Shown here one piece after another: positions 18,930 through 31,826 of a stretch of DNA of 64,000 bases. The notes below the pieces were generated by a model. It ran no database searches and had not been told where the DNA came from. It worked only from the letters and a program-made list of their open reading frames with translations. This DNA comes from Candidatus Puniceispirillales bacterium. Lineage in GTDB: Bacteria; Pseudomonadota; Alphaproteobacteria; Puniceispirillales; GCA-002684695. Both the position numbers and the translations under genes were made by a program. The DNA lies in assembly GCA_045565515.1 (NCBI GenBank), contig JBJLFF010000002.1, positions 3,154 through 67,153 on the forward strand. Reading direction: 5' to 3'. The stretch's first letter is position 1. Each line of letters starts with the position of its first letter.

Positions 18930-19298
18930 CTATTTTTTCTTTCCAGCAATTGCTTTTGGTTTACCTTTTCTGGTTCTTGCATTTGTATGAGTTCTTTGAC
19001 CTCTAACAGGTAACCCTTTCCTATGCCTTAGACCTTTTACACATCCAAGGTCCATAAATCTTTTAATATCCATAGATGACTGTCTGCGCAAGTCTCCTTC
19101 TACTATAAAATCACGGTCAACAATATCTCTTATTCGAGTAACTTCATCATCTGTAAGATCTGCAACTCTTTTCTCTTCAGTTAATTTAGCCTCTTTACAA
19201 ATTCTTTTTGATGAAGTGTCCCCAATTCCATAAATGTATGTTAGTGCTATCAAAACACGTTTTTTTGTTGGTATATTTACTCCTGCTATTCTAGCCAC
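18930..19298 (-). CDS. rpsM: 30S ribosomal protein S13
   Basis: [26 protein letters not shown]. Confidence 0.98.
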   Translation of the reverse strand: MARIAGVNIPTKKRVLIALTYIYGIGDTSSKRICKEAKLTEEKRVADLTDDEVTRIRDIVDRDFIVEGDLRRQSSMDIKRFMDLGCVKGLRHRKGLPVRGQRTHTNARTRKGKPKAIAGKKK

Positions 19299-19320
19299 TA
19301 AATCATCCCCCTAGTTTTCA

Positions 19321-19897
19321 TTAATTTTTAACCTTTATAATTTTTTCAATCTCTAATGAAATTTCATCTATTGATTTCATTCCATCAACTTCAAAATGTA
19401 ATTCTGCCTTCTTATAATATGGAACTAACGGTTTTGTTTGTTCATCATAAATGTTTAATCTATTTTTTAGTATTTCCTCTTTATCATCTGCTCTTGCTTC
19501 ATTAGACTCTATAGCCCTGTTTTCAATTCTTTTGTATAAATTTTTTTTACTAACATTCAATTCTATAACAAAATCTATTTTTTTATCTTTTTCTAAAAGT
19601 ATTTCATCAAATTTAGAGGCCTGATTAAGATTTCTAGGAAATCCGTCTAAAATAAAACCTTTACTACAATCATCTTCTGAAATCCTCTTTGAAATAATAC
19701 TCAAAATAATTTCATCACTAACAAATTCACCGTTATCAACAAGATTTTTAACTTGTAGTCCTAATTTTGTTTTTTTTTTCAATGTTTTCTCTAATAATTT
19801 CTCCAGTTGATAATTGTACAAGTCCTAATTTTTTATTTAAAATTATAGATTGCGTCCCTTTCCCAGATCCAGGAGCTCCCAATAATATTATGTTCAC
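19321..19897 (-). CDS. adk: Adenylate kinase (apparent +1 frameshift in A10 run at 19770-19779)
   Basis: GTG 19897 gives [15 protein letters not shown]...LSTGE; [10 protein letters not shown] and RADD lie in another frame. Confidence 0.9.
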
Positions 19898-21219
19898 CTA
19901 GATCGTCCCCTCAGTCTTGATTTTTTTATTAATCCTTCATATTGATGTGCTATTAGGTGACTTTGAACCTGTGAAACAGTATCTAAAGTAACAGAAACAA
20001 CAATAAGCAAAGAAGTGCCACCAAAATAAAAAGGAACTGAGTATTGACTAATTAAAATCTCTGGGAGAATACATACAGCTGCTAGATAAGCTGACCCAAG
20101 CACAGTCAGCCTTGTTAAAATAAAGTCTAAGTAATTTGCAGTTGGTTCTCCAGGTCTAATTCCTGGAACATAACCTCCATTTTTTCTTAAGTTATCTGCT
20201 GTTTCCTGAGGGTTAAATACAATTGCTGTATAGAAAAAGGCAAAAAATACAATTAAGAAAATTAAAATTAATAAATATAAAGGCTGCCCCCTACCTAGAA
20301 GAGCATTTATTGTTACCAACCAATCACTTGTACCTCCAGAAAAACTAGCTGCGGTCAATGGAAGTGCCATCAAGGAGGAAGCAAAAATAGGTGGTATTAC
20401 TCCAGGAACATTTATTTTAAGAGGTAGATGCGAACTCTCCCCACCCATCATTTTATTTCCCATTTGTCTTTTTGGATACTGTATTTGTATTCTTCGTTGG
20501 GATCTTTCTATAAATACAATAAATGCAATAACTGCAACAGCCATAATCAGTAATGCAACAATTAAAATTGCAGAAATTGCTCCTGTTCTACCAAGTTCAA
20601 GTGTCCCAGCCAATGCTCTTGGTAATTCGGCTACAATACCTGTAAAAATTATTAATGAAATTCCATTACCAATTCCTCTTGAAGTCACCTGTTCGCCTAA
20701 CCACATTAAAAACATTACCCCGCCAAGCAGTGTAAAAACAGTAGTAACACGAAAAAATATACCAGGATCTGTAACAGCTCCAGCACTTTCTAAACCTACA
20801 GAAAATCCATATCCCTGTACGATAGCTAGAACAACTGTCAAATACCTTGTGTATTGATTGATTTTTTTTCTGCCTGCTTCACCTTCTTTTTTCAAAGCTT
20901 CTAATTGTGGTGAAACTGATGTTAACAATTGAGTTATAATTGAAGCGGTAATATATGGAAAAACTGAAAGTGCAAAAATAGTCATTCTACCTAATGCACC
21001 ACCTGCCATCATGTTAAACATACCAAGAAGTCCGCCACTATTACTATTAAATAAATCAGAAAGTGCGTTTGGATCTATTCCTGGAACAGGTATGTAAGTT
21101 CCTAATCTATAAACTAATAATGCGCCTAGAGTAAACCATAGCCTTTGTTGAAGTTCTGTAGCTTTCGCAAAAGCAGAACCTGAAACTGAAGGTGTTGACC
21201 CTAAAGGGTTTCTTGCCAT
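19894..21219 (-). CDS. secY: Preprotein translocase SecY
   Basis: [34 protein letters not shown]. Confidence 0.98.
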   Translation of the reverse strand: MARNPLGSTPSVSGSAFAKATELQQRLWFTLGALLVYRLGTYIPVPGIDPNALSDLFNSNSGGLLGMFNMMAGGALGRMTIFALSVFPYITASIITQLLTSVSPQLEALKKEGEAGRKKINQYTRYLTVVLAIVQGYGFSVGLESAGAVTDPGIFFRVTTVFTLLGGVMFLMWLGEQVTSRGIGNGISLIIFTGIVAELPRALAGTLELGRTGAISAILIVALLIMAVAVIAFIVFIERSQRRIQIQYPKRQMGNKMMGGESSHLPLKINVPGVIPPIFASSLMALPLTAASFSGGTSDWLVTINALLGRGQPLYLLILIFLIVFFAFFYTAIVFNPQETADNLRKNGGYVPGIRPGEPTANYLDFILTRLTVLGSAYLAAVCILPEILISQYSVPFYFGGTSLLIVVSVTLDTVSQVQSHLIAHQYEGLIKKSRLRGRSR

Positions 21220-21242
21220 TAACTATATCCTATTAACTATCT

Positions 21243-21716
21243 TTAGTAATCTCTTTTTTTTTGTAATATTTTTAAACTTCCACCAGCTTTTTTAACTTTT
21301 TCTATAGCTGTTTTAGAAGCACCATTAACTATTATATTAACTTTATTTTTAATTTCACCTCTAGCTAATACCCTAATACCATCTTTAATATTAGAAAAAA
21401 TACCTGATGAAATGATCATTTCATTATTGATTTCTTTAGTGGTATCAATTTTACCTTTATCAATTATATTCTGAATATCACCAAGATTTAAGATTTTATA
21501 AGTCTTCCTATTATACTTTTTAAATCCTCTTTTAGGCAATCTTCTATGAATAGGCATTTGACCACCCTCAAAACCATTTATAGAAACACCTGATCTTGAT
21601 TTTTGACCTTTATGACCTTTACCAGATGTTTTACCAATCCCAGACCCAGTACCTCGTCCAACTCGTTTAAGCGAACTTGTAGCACCTTTATTATCCTTTA
21701 AAGTATTTAATTCCAT
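21243..21716 (-). CDS. rplO: 50S ribosomal protein L15
   Basis: [27 protein letters not shown]. Confidence 0.97.
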   Translation of the reverse strand: MELNTLKDNKGATSSLKRVGRGTGSGIGKTSGKGHKGQKSRSGVSINGFEGGQMPIHRRLPKRGFKKYNRKTYKILNLGDIQNIIDKGKIDTTKEINNEMIISSGIFSNIKDGIRVLARGEIKNKVNIIVNGASKTAIEKVKKAGGSLKILQKKRDY

Positions 21717-21724
21717 TTAAATTC

Positions 21725-21919
21725 CTAATTTCCGTTACTCTTAACAACTACAAGATGTTTAACTTTTTCAATCATACCCCTTACAGAGGGAGTATCTTCT
21801 AAAGTTTTCTCTTTATTCATTTTATTCAAACCAAGACCAATCAAAGTTTTTCTTTGATAAGCTTTCCTACCAATTGCACTTTTAATTTGTTTAACTACCA
21901 ATTTTACATTTTTAGACAT
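21725..21919 (-). CDS. rpmD: 50S ribosomal protein L30
   Basis: S.IGR...[16 protein letters not shown]. Confidence 0.97.
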   Translation of the reverse strand: MSKNVKLVVKQIKSAIGRKAYQRKTLIGLGLNKMNKEKTLEDTPSVRGMIEKVKHLVVVKSNGN

Positions 21920-21951
21920 TTCTGACCCTTAATTTATAATCAAATAACCAA

Positions 21952-22497
21952 TCAATTTTTATTATCTATTTTCTTTCCAACAACATCAGCTATTTTTTTT
22001 CCTCTTTTTGAAGCTATTGATCTAGGAGACTGCATGAATTTCAAAGCTTCCATTGTTGCTTTGACCATATTATGGGGATTTGACGAACCAATTGATTTAG
22101 CGACAACATCTTGTATACCTAAAGTCTCAAATACAGCTCTCATTGGTCCACCAGCAATTATACCTGTTCCTGATGGGGCTGACCTCAGATTAACTTTTCC
22201 TGCTCCAAAAATACCAACAATATCATGATGAAGTGTCCTTCCTTCTTTTAAAGGTACTTTTATAAGTGTTATTTTAGCTTTCTCTGTTGCTTTCCTAATA
22301 GCTTCAGGAACTTCTTTAGCTTTTCCGCTTCCAACACCAACCCTACCTTTACCATCGCCTACAACAACTAAGGCAGCAAATCCAAACCTTCTCCCACCTT
22401 TAACAACTTTAGCAACCCTGTTAATTCCAACAAGTTTGTCTATAAGTTCATTATCGTCTTTAAAATTACCGTCCTTTGCATTTTGCTCATTAGCCAT
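21952..22497 (-). CDS. rpsE: 30S ribosomal protein S5
   Basis: [22 protein letters not shown]. Confidence 0.97.
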   Translation of the reverse strand: MANEQNAKDGNFKDDNELIDKLVGINRVAKVVKGGRRFGFAALVVVGDGKGRVGVGSGKAKEVPEAIRKATEKAKITLIKVPLKEGRTLHHDIVGIFGAGKVNLRSAPSGTGIIAGGPMRAVFETLGIQDVVAKSIGSSNPHNMVKATMEALKFMQSPRSIASKRGKKIADVVGKKIDNKN

Positions 22498-22508
22498 CAA
22501 CATACTCC

Positions 22509-22865
22509 TTAAAAATTCAATCCAGCAGATCTTGCAGCTTCAGCTAACGCTTTAACTCTGCCATGATATTTATATCCGCCCCTGTCAAATATAACAGATT
22601 TAACACCTTTTTTTATTGCTCTCTCAGCTACTAAAGATCCAATTTTGGATGCACCTTCGATATTTGTTCCACTGTATTTTTGAGATTTTTCAATAGTAGA
22701 TGCTGAAACTAAAGTTACTCCTTTAGTATCATCAATTACCTGTGCATATATATTTTTTGATGACCTGAAAACAGATAATCTCATCGTATTATTTAAACCG
22801 GGTTTAAGTCCGTATCTTGTCCGTCTTTTTCTTCTTTCAAAAAGATCTCTAGCTTTTATTCCCAC
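22509..22865 (-). CDS. rplR: 50S ribosomal protein L18
   Basis: [19 protein letters not shown]. Confidence 0.97.
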   Translation of the reverse strand: MGIKARDLFERRKRRTRYGLKPGLNNTMRLSVFRSSKNIYAQVIDDTKGVTLVSASTIEKSQKYSGTNIEGASKIGSLVAERAIKKGVKSVIFDRGGYKYHGRVKALAEAARSAGLNF

Positions 22866-22876
22866 ATTATCACCTA

Positions 22877-23410
22877 TTATTTTTTCTTACCTTCTTTTCT
22901 AAAAATAAATTCATCAGAATACTTAATACCTTTACCTTTGAATGGTTCTGGGGGTCTTTTTGACCTTAAGTTTGCAGCAAACTGACCTAATTCTTGTTTA
23001 TTTGATCCAAAGAGCTTTAACTCAGTTGGTTTTTCTGAAGATACTTTAATACCATTTGGAACTATCATCTCAACAGGATGAGAGTAACCTAGACTAAGTA
23101 TAATTTTATTTCCTTGAACTTGAGCTCTATAACCAACTCCATTCAATTCCATACTTTTTTCAAAACCAACGCTAACACCTTTAACAACATTGGCAACATT
23201 AGCCCTCGTTGTTCCCCATAATGAATTTGCTAGCTTTGATTTTCTTTTAGAGGAAAATATGATTTCATTATTTTCAATTTTAACATCAATTAAATTATGT
23301 GTATCAACAGAAAGTTCACCAATTTTACCTTTAGCAAAAATTGTATTATCAGATTGAGTTACAGTAACACCTTCTGGTATTTTAATAGAACTTAAACCAA
23401 CTCTAGACAT
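22877..23410 (-). CDS. rplF: 50S ribosomal protein L6
   Basis: [17 protein letters not shown]. Confidence 0.97.
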   Translation of the reverse strand: MSRVGLSSIKIPEGVTVTQSDNTIFAKGKIGELSVDTHNLIDVKIENNEIIFSSKRKSKLANSLWGTTRANVANVVKGVSVGFEKSMELNGVGYRAQVQGNKIILSLGYSHPVEMIVPNGIKVSSEKPTELKLFGSNKQELGQFAANLRSKRPPEPFKGKGIKYSDEFIFRKEGKKK

Positions 23411-23419
23411 AATACACCT

Positions 23420-23818
23420 CTAAAAAACTTGACATAAAACTTCACCACCAACATTTGCTGCTCTGGCTTCATTATCTGACATAACACCTCTTGGTGTCGA
23501 TAAAATTGAAATTCCAAGTCCATTATAAACTTTAGGTAGTTCGTTTATCCTTGAGTAAACTCTACACCCAGGCTTAGAAACTCTTTTTATTTCTGAAATA
23601 ACAGGCACTCCTTCTTGATATTTTAATTCAATTTTCAAATGCTTTATTCCAGGTTTATCTTCAATAGAACTAAAATCTCTTATATAACCTTCACGTTTAA
23701 GAACATCCAAAACATTTGATCTGAATTTTGAGGATGGGGCTTCAACAACAGCTTTATTTGCGTGCAATCCATTCCTTATCCTAGTGAGCATATCACCGAG
23801 TGTATCACTCATTGACAT
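23420..23818 (-). CDS. rpsH: 30S ribosomal protein S8
   Basis: [21 protein letters not shown]. Confidence 0.97.
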   Translation of the reverse strand: MSMSDTLGDMLTRIRNGLHANKAVVEAPSSKFRSNVLDVLKREGYIRDFSSIEDKPGIKHLKIELKYQEGVPVISEIKRVSKPGCRVYSRINELPKVYNGLGISILSTPRGVMSDNEARAANVGGEVLCQVF

Positions 23819-23833
23819 AGAAATTCTCCTTAT

Positions 23834-24139
23834 TTACCAACTTGATTTTAAAATTCCAGGCACTTGACCTGTAGAAGCTAATTCTCTAAACGCAATTCTT
23901 GACATTTTAAATTTTCTATAATTGCCTCTAGGTCGTCCAGTTATCAAACATCTGTTTCTAACTCTAATAAATGAACCATCTCTTGGCATTTCATTTAATT
24001 TTATCTGAGCTGCAAATCTTTCATCAAGAGGTAGTTCTCTATTCATAATTATTTTCTTTAACGCTTTTCTTTTATCACCCATTAAAGAAACTTTTTTGAT
24101 TCTTGTCTCGTTCTTTTTTACTGCACTTTTTTTTGCCAT
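23834..24139 (-). CDS. rpsN: 30S ribosomal protein S14
   Basis: RNRC.ITGRPRG, PG..KSSW. Confidence 0.97.
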   Translation of the reverse strand: MAKKSAVKKNETRIKKVSLMGDKRKALKKIIMNRELPLDERFAAQIKLNEMPRDGSFIRVRNRCLITGRPRGNYRKFKMSRIAFRELASTGQVPGILKSSW

Positions 24140-24151
24140 TATAGTCCTTCT

Positions 24152-24694
24152 TTAATTTGTAAATGGGAAATCAAAATTTTTTAAAAGTTCCCTGCCTTCT
24201 TCATCTGAATTAGCAGTTGTAACAACACTGATATCCATTCCTCTAATAGTATCAATATTATCATAGTCTATTTCAGGAAAAACAATTTGTTCTTTCAAAC
24301 CCAATGAATAATTTCCTTTACCATCAAAGCTATTCCCATTAAGTCCTCGAAAATCTCTAACTCTTGGTAAAGCAACATTTATCAACCTATCTATAAACTC
24401 ATACATATGGGACTTTCTTAATGTTACTTTTACACCAATCGGCATTCCTTCTCTCAATTTGAATGTAGCTATAGCTTTTTTAGCACGTGTAACAATAGGT
24501 TTTTGACCTGATATTGAAGTTATATCTTTAATAGCTGCATCTATTTTTTTTGAATCTTTTACTGCTTCACCAACACCTATATTTATAATCACTTTTGTAA
24601 GTTTAGGAACTTCATGTTTGTTTTTATATTTAAATTTCTCAACCATAGCTGGATGAATAGATTTATTATAATGTTCTTCAAGACGGGTTTTCAT
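24152..24694 (-). CDS. rplE: 50S ribosomal protein L5
   Basis: [23 protein letters not shown]. Confidence 0.97.
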   Translation of the reverse strand: MKTRLEEHYNKSIHPAMVEKFKYKNKHEVPKLTKVIINIGVGEAVKDSKKIDAAIKDITSISGQKPIVTRAKKAIATFKLREGMPIGVKVTLRKSHMYEFIDRLINVALPRVRDFRGLNGNSFDGKGNYSLGLKEQIVFPEIDYDNIDTIRGMDISVVTTANSDEEGRELLKNFDFPFTN

Positions 24695-24705
24695 AAAATC
24701 ACCAA

Positions 24706-25023
24706 TTACTTACTTTTAATTTCTTCGCCTGACCTGGAGGCTATTCTAACTTTTTTATTATCTTTTAGTTGGTACCTTACTCTCGTACTTTTATTATCTT
24801 TGGGATCAATATTGGATACGTTTGAAATATTTATGAAACTTTCTATTTGCTCTATTCCACCAGGTTGATCTTGAGTAGGCTTTTTATGTTTTTTTACAAC
24901 ATTAATACCTCTTACTTTTACTTTAAAATTTTTTCTATCAATAACAAAGACTTCACCAGATTTCCCTTTATCTTTTCCAGATATAACAATTACATTGTCA
25001 CCCATTTTAATTTTTTTACTCAT
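24706..25023 (-). CDS. rplX: 50S ribosomal protein L24
   Basis: [15 protein letters not shown] motif. Confidence 0.97.
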   Translation of the reverse strand: MSKKIKMGDNVIVISGKDKGKSGEVFVIDRKNFKVKVRGINVVKKHKKPTQDQPGGIEQIESFINISNVSNIDPKDNKSTRVRYQLKDNKKVRIASRSGEEIKSK

Positions 25024-25391
25024 TAAATTACCTCCGGAGCTAAAGAAATAATTTTCATAAATTTTTTTAACCTTAATTCTCTTGTAACTGGACCAAAAAT
25101 TCTAGTACCAATTGGTTCATTTTGATTTGTTATCAATACTGCTGCATTTCTATCAAACTTTATTGAAGACCCATCATTTCTATGTATTTCTTTAGCGGTT
25201 CTTACAATAACAGCTCTATGGATATCACCTTTTTTAACTCTTCCTCTAGGGATTGCCTCTTTCACAGATACAACAATAACATCGCCGATACTTGCTATTT
25301 TTCTACCTGATCCACCAAGTACTTTTATACACTGTACCCTTCTAGCACCAGAATTATCAGCTACCCCCAAATTTGATTGCATTTGTATCAT
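25023..25391 (-). CDS. rplN: 50S ribosomal protein L14
   Basis: [21 protein letters not shown]. Confidence 0.98.
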   Translation of the reverse strand: MIQMQSNLGVADNSGARRVQCIKVLGGSGRKIASIGDVIVVSVKEAIPRGRVKKGDIHRAVIVRTAKEIHRNDGSSIKFDRNAAVLITNQNEPIGTRIFGPVTRELRLKKFMKIISLAPEVI

Positions 25392-25411
25392 TTAATATCT
25401 CCAAAAATCAC

Positions 25412-25645
25412 TTAATCAGAATTAATAACTTCAAAATTTTTTGTTTTAGATTTTGGAGCACACTCTCTAATTTGAACTAAATCACCAATCTTAAATTTAT
25501 TATTTTCATCATGAGCAGAATATTTTTTATCTTTTTTAATAAACTTTTTATAAAGTGGGTGCTTAAATGTGCGCTCAACCTTAACTACGATTGTTTTATC
25601 AGATTTATTACTTATGACTTCTCCCTGAAGTATTCTTCTAGGCAT
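25412..25645 (-). CDS. rpsQ: 30S ribosomal protein S17
   Basis: DKTIVV.VER...HPLY.K, AHDE. Confidence 0.97.
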   Translation of the reverse strand: MPRRILQGEVISNKSDKTIVVKVERTFKHPLYKKFIKKDKKYSAHDENNKFKIGDLVQIRECAPKSKTKNFEVINSD

Positions 25646-25647
25646 AA

Positions 25648-25851
25648 TTATTCCTTATCAATTCTTTCGTTTAATATTGTTTTAATTTTAGCTATACCTT
25701 TTCTAATCTCTTTTACTCTTCCTGTATTAGTGAGTTGACCATTAGAGGCTTGAAATCTTAAATTAAATTTTTCTTTACTTAAATCTTCAAGTTGTTTTTT
25801 AAGTTCATCATTTTTTTTTGATCTCAAATCAGAGATTTTAAAACTTGGCAT
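25648..25851 (-). CDS. rpmC: 50S ribosomal protein L29
   Basis: FNLRFQ...GQL, IA.IKT. Confidence 0.96.
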   Translation of the reverse strand: MPSFKISDLRSKKNDELKKQLEDLSKEKFNLRFQASNGQLTNTGRVKEIRKGIAKIKTILNERIDKE

Positions 25852-25853
25852 AA

Positions 25854-26270
25854 TTAAAATTCTCCCAATCTACCAACAATTTTTGTATCCATTGGTAATT
25901 TTGCAGAAGCTAAATTTAATGCCTCTTCAGCTGAAGATCTTGCAACACCGTCAATTTCAAACATTATTCTACCAGGTTTTACCTTAGCTACCCAAAATTC
26001 TGGGGTCCCTTTACCCTTACCCATTCTAACTTCTGCAGGTTTAGAGGAGACTGGCGTATCTGGGAAAATTCTAATCCATACTCTTCCAGCTCTCCTTAGA
26101 TGCCTTGTAATTGCTCTTCTAGCAGCCTCTATTTGCCTAGCAGTTATTCTAGCAGGTTTAATAGCTTTGAGGCCAAAGGCTCCAAAATTAAGTTGTGAAC
26201 CACCCTTAGCTAGTCCATGTATTCTACCTTTATGAGCTTTTCTATATTTTGTTCTTTTAGGTGATAACAT
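25854..26270 (-). CDS. rplP: 50S ribosomal protein L16
   Basis: [15 protein letters not shown]. Confidence 0.98.
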   Translation of the reverse strand: MLSPKRTKYRKAHKGRIHGLAKGGSQLNFGAFGLKAIKPARITARQIEAARRAITRHLRRAGRVWIRIFPDTPVSSKPAEVRMGKGKGTPEFWVAKVKPGRIMFEIDGVARSSAEEALNLASAKLPMDTKIVGRLGEF

Positions 26271-26281
26271 AATTCAATACC

Positions 26282-26965
26282 TTAATTTCTAGCTTGACCA
26301 GGAGTTTCATTTAATCTTTTTTCTTGGGCTAATGGATCGTGCTCCATTATTTCACCTTTAAAAATCCAAACTTTAATACCGCAAATTCCATAAGTTGTAT
26401 TAGCTTCAGATTCTCCATAATCAACATCAGCTCTTAGCGTATGAAGAGGAACTCTTCCCTCTCTATACCACTCAGTTCTTGCTATTTCAGCACCACCAAG
26501 TCTGCCTGCACAATTAATTCTTACACCTGCAGCACCCAATCTCATGGCTGATTGAACAGAACGTTTCATTGCTCTTCTGAAAGCTACACGTCTTTCAAGC
26601 TGTTGAGCAATATTCTCAGCAACTAGTTTTGCATCAACTTCTGGTTTTCTAATCTCAAGAATATTTAAGCTAACATCCATACCTAATTTTTTACTAAGGT
26701 CATTTCTAAGCTTTTCAATATCTTGACCTTTTTTTCCTATAATAAGTCCTGGTCTTCCAGAATAAATTGTTACTCTTGCTCTACCAGCAGGCCTTTCAAT
26801 AACAACCTTACTAACGGCTGCAGATTTAAGTTTTGTCATTAAGTAATTTCTTACGCTAAGATCTTTATGCAGCAGATCAGAATAACTTTTATCAGCAAAC
26901 CATCTACTATCCCAAGTTCGATTTATACCAAGCCTCAATCCAATTGGTTTAACTTTCTGACCCAT
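26282..26965 (-). CDS. rpsC: 30S ribosomal protein S3
   Basis: MGQKV.P.GLRLG start; [19 protein letters not shown]. Confidence 0.98.
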   Translation of the reverse strand: MGQKVKPIGLRLGINRTWDSRWFADKSYSDLLHKDLSVRNYLMTKLKSAAVSKVVIERPAGRARVTIYSGRPGLIIGKKGQDIEKLRNDLSKKLGMDVSLNILEIRKPEVDAKLVAENIAQQLERRVAFRRAMKRSVQSAMRLGAAGVRINCAGRLGGAEIARTEWYREGRVPLHTLRADVDYGESEANTTYGICGIKVWIFKGEIMEHDPLAQEKRLNETPGQARN

Positions 26966-27344
26966 TATCCTCATCCTCTTTTTCATATACAATAATAGTT
27001 AATCGAGAAAACGGCTTCAAGATTCTTGCCGCTCTTCCTCTTGCTCTCGCTCTTAACCTTTTCATTACGATACCTTTCCCAATAAAGGCCTCTTTAACAA
27101 ATAATTTATCTACGTCTAATCCATGATTATTTTCAGCATTTGCTACTGCAGACTGAAGTACTTTTTTAACATCTAATGAGATTCTTCTTCTTGAAAAAGT
27201 CAAAGAAGCGATAGCTTGAGATACTCCAACCCCACGTATTGACTGTGCTACTAAATTTAATTTTTGGGGACTTGTTCTTATGTTTTTCCCAATTGCAATT
27301 GCTTCATTATCAAGCGTTCTTTTTGAATTTTTTTTCTGGCTCAT
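26949..27344 (-). CDS. rplV: 50S ribosomal protein L22
   Basis: [24 protein letters not shown]. Confidence 0.97.
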   Translation of the reverse strand: MSQKKNSKRTLDNEAIAIGKNIRTSPQKLNLVAQSIRGVGVSQAIASLTFSRRRISLDVKKVLQSAVANAENNHGLDVDKLFVKEAFIGKGIVMKRLRARARGRAARILKPFSRLTIIVYEKEDEDNGSES

Positions 27345-27351
27345 TTAATAC

Positions 27352-27627
27352 CTACTTCTTGGCTTTCTTATCAGCTGTATGACCATAATATGTTCTAGTA
27401 GGAGAGAATTCACCTAGTTTCATTCCAACCATATTTTCTGATATCATAACTGGTATGAATTTTTTGCCATTATGAACACCAAATGTTAATCCAACGAATT
27501 GTGGTATGATAGTTGATCTTCTGGACCACGTTTTTATTACATCATTCCTTCCTGATTCGCGAGATTTTTCAGCTTTTTTAAGAAGATAGCCATCAACGAA
27601 AGGACCTTTCCATACTGATCTTGACAA
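27352..27627 (-). CDS. rpsS: 30S ribosomal protein S19
   Basis: [17 protein letters not shown]. Confidence 0.98.
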   Translation of the reverse strand: MSRSVWKGPFVDGYLLKKAEKSRESGRNDVIKTWSRRSTIIPQFVGLTFGVHNGKKFIPVMISENMVGMKLGEFSPTRTYYGHTADKKAKK

Positions 27628-27640
27628 AATAAGAGCTCCT

Positions 27641-28465
27641 TTACACTTTTCTTCGACGGACTATTAATCTATCCGTCTTTTTATTGGATCTTGTTCTTTT
27701 ACCTTTAGTAGGCTTTCCCCATGGAGTAACAGGATGCCTACCTCCAGATGTTCTTCCTTCACCACCACCATGTGGGTGATCAATGGGGTTCATTGCAACC
27801 CCCCTTACATGTGGTCTTTTACCTAACCATCTTGATCTACCAGCCTTTCCATCATTTCTATTTTTATTATCAGAATTGGAAACAGATCCAACTGAAGCCA
27901 TGCATGTTGATAATACCAACCTGACTTCACCCGAAGAAAGTCTTAAAATAGAGTAGCCCTGATCTCTTCCTATTAGCTGAACATAAGCACCAGCAGCCCT
28001 AGCAATTTGGCCACCTTTTCCGGGCTTTAATTCTACATTATGAATCAATGTTCCTAATGGAATTGAAGCTATTGGCATAGCATTACCAGGTTTTATATCA
28101 ACTTTGTTTCCAGATATAACCTTATCACCAATTTTAATTTTTTGGGGTGCCAAAATATACGATTTATGACCGTCCTCATATTTTATTAAAGCTATGAATG
28201 ATGATCTATTTGGATCGTATTCAATTCTTTCAATATTAGCTTGAATATGGTGTTTTACACGTTTAAAATCTATAATTCTATATTTACGCTTATGCCCACC
28301 ACCCCTATGCCAGGATGTAACTCTACCAGTATTATTCCTTCCACCTGATTTACTTAGTCCTTCTGTAAGAGTTTTTTCAGGCTTTCCATTATAAAGCTCA
28401 TCTCTTGTGACAGTTACCAGCTGTCTTTGTCCAGGTGACGTTGGTTTATAACTTTTTAAAGACAT
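27641..28465 (-). CDS. rplB: 50S ribosomal protein L2
   Basis: [22 protein letters not shown]. Confidence 0.98.
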   Translation of the reverse strand: MSLKSYKPTSPGQRQLVTVTRDELYNGKPEKTLTEGLSKSGGRNNTGRVTSWHRGGGHKRKYRIIDFKRVKHHIQANIERIEYDPNRSSFIALIKYEDGHKSYILAPQKIKIGDKVISGNKVDIKPGNAMPIASIPLGTLIHNVELKPGKGGQIARAAGAYVQLIGRDQGYSILRLSSGEVRLVLSTCMASVGSVSNSDNKNRNDGKAGRSRWLGKRPHVRGVAMNPIDHPHGGGEGRTSGGRHPVTPWGKPTKGKRTRSNKKTDRLIVRRRKV

Positions 28466-28471
28466 TTTTTG

Positions 28472-28804
28472 TTAAACTCCTGCTGAAAGATCAATTGATT
28501 GACCATCAGGTAATGATATAATAGCTTTTTTATAATCTGGACGCTTACCTAGAGTGCCTTTAAATCTTTTTGTCTTACCCTTTACTTTTATTACATTAAC
28601 AGCAGAAACTTTGACACCAAAGATAAGCTCAATAGATTTCTTAATATCAATTTTGTTTGAGTTGACATCTACCAAAAATACAACTTGATTATTTTCTAAT
28701 AGCAACGTTGATTTTTCAGTAACTATCGGTTTTATTATTGTATTGTATGCTTTTTCTTTACTAATATTCAAACTGTGCATATTTTTAATTTTGCTAAGGT
28801 TCAT
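28472..28804 (-). CDS. rplW: 50S ribosomal protein L23
   Basis: P.VTEKS, KGK.KR, KKAI. Confidence 0.96.
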   Translation of the reverse strand: MNLSKIKNMHSLNISKEKAYNTIIKPIVTEKSTLLLENNQVVFLVDVNSNKIDIKKSIELIFGVKVSAVNVIKVKGKTKRFKGTLGKRPDYKKAIISLPDGQSIDLSAGV

Positions 28805-29418
28805 ATAAGTCTCTCCTCAAGCATTTTTAAAGCATCTTTCGTAATTAAGAGCTTATTGTATTTTAAAATATCATAAACGTTAGCACCAATTTGTGAGATT
28901 ACTTTAGAATTTGGAATATTACTAATAGCTTTTGTAAATTCACTTGATGAACTCCCATCTTGTATAACACAACATGAGTTAATCTTTAGTTTATCAAAAT
29001 GCTTTTTTAAGGAGGAAGTTTTTCCATCACTATCTAATTTATCTATAATTATTAAATTATTTTCTTTCGTTTTTGTTGAAAGTGCAGATTTCAAACCTAA
29101 CTTCCTAATTTTTTTATTTAATTTATGATCGTGAGACCTAATAACGGGACCGTGAGCAACACCACCACCTCGAAACTGAACAACACTATTAGCGCCACGC
29201 CTTGCTCTACCGGTTCCTTTTTGCTTAAATGCTTTTGATTTGGTTAGACTTATATCTGATCTTGAAAGAACAGAATGAGACCCCACTCTTCTTTTTGAGA
29301 GTTGCCAATTAACAACTCTAGACATTAAATCAACTCTTGGCTCAATATTAAAGATATTATCATCAATATTTATATCCCCAACTTTTTTTCCATTAAGTTT
29401 TATTAAATTTATTTTCAT
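28801..29418 (-). CDS. rplD: 50S ribosomal protein L4
   Basis: [17 protein letters not shown]. Confidence 0.97.
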   Translation of the reverse strand: MKINLIKLNGKKVGDINIDDNIFNIEPRVDLMSRVVNWQLSKRRVGSHSVLSRSDISLTKSKAFKQKGTGRARRGANSVVQFRGGGVAHGPVIRSHDHKLNKKIRKLGLKSALSTKTKENNLIIIDKLDSDGKTSSLKKHFDKLKINSCCVIQDGSSSSEFTKAISNIPNSKVISQIGANVYDILKYNKLLITKDALKMLEERLI

Positions 29419-30245
29419 TTTGAATGATCTTTATTTGATTTATCTAATTCTATTTCACTTCTTACTTCTTCATTATCTACATTAGCTGTGTTTTCAGATA
29501 CCTCTTTGCTTAATTCAATATTTTCTTTTGAAACTGAAACATCCTTGTCACCAGTTGTTATTCTATCATCATTTGAGATAAAACCAGCAGGAAATGGCAA
29601 ATCACTATTTGTTTTGGTTTTTATAGAATCTTTTATATATACGAGACCGCCTTTTGACCCAGGGATTGATCCCTTAACTAAGATTAAACCTTCTTGATCA
29701 TCTATCAATGCAATTGATAGGTTTTGAGTAGTTATTCTTTTATTACCAAGTTGACCAGCCATTTTCTTTCCTTTAAATACTTTTCCAGGATCTTGGCATT
29801 GACCAGTTGAACCGTGAGATCTATGAGAAATAGAAACACCGTGTGAAGCCCGTAATCCAGCAAAGTTGTGCCTTTTCATTGCACCAGCAAACCCCTTACC
29901 TTTTGATGAACCAGTAATATCTACTTTTTGTCCAGATATAAAATGATTAACACCAATTTTTTTGCCAACATCAATAAGAGCATCTTCTGATACTCTAAAT
30001 TCGGCTATTTTCTCTTTAGGCTCAACATTATTTTTAGCAAAGTGACCTCTTTCAGCTTTACTTATATTTTTTGGTTTTTTACTCCCAAATCCTATTTGTA
30101 ATGCGTCGTAACCATGAGTTTGTTTTGTTTTTTTTGAGATGACTTCGCAGTTATCCATCTTTAAAACAGAAACCGGAATTGAATTTCCATCATCATTGAA
30201 AATTCTGGTCATCCCTATTTTTTTAGCTATTAAACCACATCTCAT
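29415..30245 (-). CDS. rplC: 50S ribosomal protein L3 (acidic C-terminal tail)
   Basis: KIGMT, GKGFAG.MKRHNF, GKKMAG. Confidence 0.97.
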   Translation of the reverse strand: MRCGLIAKKIGMTRIFNDDGNSIPVSVLKMDNCEVISKKTKQTHGYDALQIGFGSKKPKNISKAERGHFAKNNVEPKEKIAEFRVSEDALIDVGKKIGVNHFISGQKVDITGSSKGKGFAGAMKRHNFAGLRASHGVSISHRSHGSTGQCQDPGKVFKGKKMAGQLGNKRITTQNLSIALIDDQEGLILVKGSIPGSKGGLVYIKDSIKTKTNSDLPFPAGFISNDDRITTGDKDVSVSKENIELSKEVSENTANVDNEEVRSEIELDKSNKDHSK

Positions 30246-30253
30246 AACGTCAC

Positions 30254-30562
30254 CTATAACTTTATCTCAACATCTACACCAGCAGCTAAATCTAATTTCA
30301 TTAGAGCATCTACAGTCTGTGGTGTTGGGTCCACAATATCTAAAACTCTTTTATGAGTTCTCATCTCAAATTGTTCTCTGCTTTTTTTATTTACATGAGG
30401 AGATCTTAAGACTGTAAATTTTTTAATTGAAGTAGGCAACGGAATAGGACCATTTACATTAGCACCAGTTCTTTTTGCAGTGCTTACTATTTCTCCAGTA
30501 GACTGATCAAGAACTCGGAAATCATATGCTCTCAATTTAATTCTTATTTTTTGATGTTCCAT
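30254..30562 (-). CDS. rpsJ: 30S ribosomal protein S10
   Basis: [27 protein letters not shown]. Confidence 0.98.
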   Translation of the reverse strand: MEHQKIRIKLRAYDFRVLDQSTGEIVSTAKRTGANVNGPIPLPTSIKKFTVLRSPHVNKKSREQFEMRTHKRVLDIVDPTPQTVDALMKLDLAAGVDVEIKL

Positions 30563-30605
30563 TTCAATTGCTTTCAATACATTTATAGATTTACCAATTA
30601 ATCCC

Positions 30606-31796
30606 CTAAGCAGAGATTGATGCCACTACGCCTGCACCCACTGTTCTGCCGCCTTCCCTAATAGCAAACCTTAGTCCATCATCCATGGCTATCGGTGCTA
30701 TAAGTTCAACTTCCATACTGATATTATCACCAGGCATAACCATTTCTGTGCCTTCTGGTAATATCACTGACCCTGTTACATCCGTTGTTCTGAAGTAAAA
30801 TTGTGGTCTGTAGTTACTGAAGAATGGTGTATGACGACCACCCTCATCCTTCGTTAAGATATAAGCTTCTGCCTTAAACTTTGTATGCGGTGTAATTGAA
30901 CCAGGCTTTGCCAATACTTGACCTCTTTCAACGTCTTCTCTCTTTGTACCTCTAAGAAGAACACCAACGTTATCACCTGCTTCACCCTGATCTAATAATT
31001 TACGGAACATCTCAACACCAGTACATGTTGTCTTTGTTGTCTCTCTTATTCCAATGATTTCAATCTCTTCATTGACGTTCACAATACCACGTTCAATACG
31101 ACCTGTTACAACCGTACCACGACCAGATATTGAGAACACATCCTCAATTGGCATTAGGAATGGCTGATCTTTTGGTCTATCTGGCGTTGGGATATAGTCA
31201 TCAACAGCTTTCATTAGCTCTAAAATCTTCTCTTTACCAATATTATCATCTTTACCTTCTAGGGCAGCTAATGCTGAACCAGCGACGATTGGAATATCAT
31301 CACCAGGAAATTCATATGAAGATAATAACTCACGTACTTCCAATTCAACTAATTCAAGAAGCTCTTCATCATCAACCTGATCAACTTTATTTAAGAACAC
31401 AGCCAACGCTGGAACACCAACCTGACGTGCTAACAAAATATGTTCACGTGTCTGAGGCATTGGACCATCTGCTGCAGATACAACCAAAATACCACCATCC
31501 ATTTGAGCAGCACCAGTAATCATATTCTTCACATAATCAGCATGCCCAGGACAATCTACATGCGCATAGTGCCTGTTATCTGTTTCGTATTCTACGTGTG
31601 CTGTAGAAATCGTAATGCCACGCTCTCTTTCTTCCGGAGCCTTGTCAATCTGATCATAAGCTTGAAACTCAGCACCACCTGCTTCAGCCAATACCTTTGT
31701 AATAGCTGCTGTTAACGTTGTCTTACCATGGTCAACATGCCCTATTGTACCAATATTAGCATGCGGTTTAGAACGATCGAATTTTTCTTTGGACAT
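30606..31796 (-). CDS. tuf: Elongation factor Tu
   Basis: [29 protein letters not shown]. Confidence 0.99.
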   Translation of the reverse strand: MSKEKFDRSKPHANIGTIGHVDHGKTTLTAAITKVLAEAGGAEFQAYDQIDKAPEERERGITISTAHVEYETDNRHYAHVDCPGHADYVKNMITGAAQMDGGILVVSAADGPMPQTREHILLARQVGVPALAVFLNKVDQVDDEELLELVELEVRELLSSYEFPGDDIPIVAGSALAALEGKDDNIGKEKILELMKAVDDYIPTPDRPKDQPFLMPIEDVFSISGRGTVVTGRIERGIVNVNEEIEIIGIRETTKTTCTGVEMFRKLLDQGEAGDNVGVLLRGTKREDVERGQVLAKPGSITPHTKFKAEAYILTKDEGGRHTPFFSNYRPQFYFRTTDVTGSVILPEGTEMVMPGDNISMEVELIAPIAMDDGLRFAIREGGRTVGAGVVASISA

Positions 31797-31826
31797 TTAA
31801 TAACCTTTCTTAAAAATAATTAACTA

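Noticed and set aside
21243-21265. Possible third homopolymer frameshift at the rplO C-terminus (T9 run)
   Set aside because: All conserved L15 motifs are upstream and the tail is variable, so it cannot be judged
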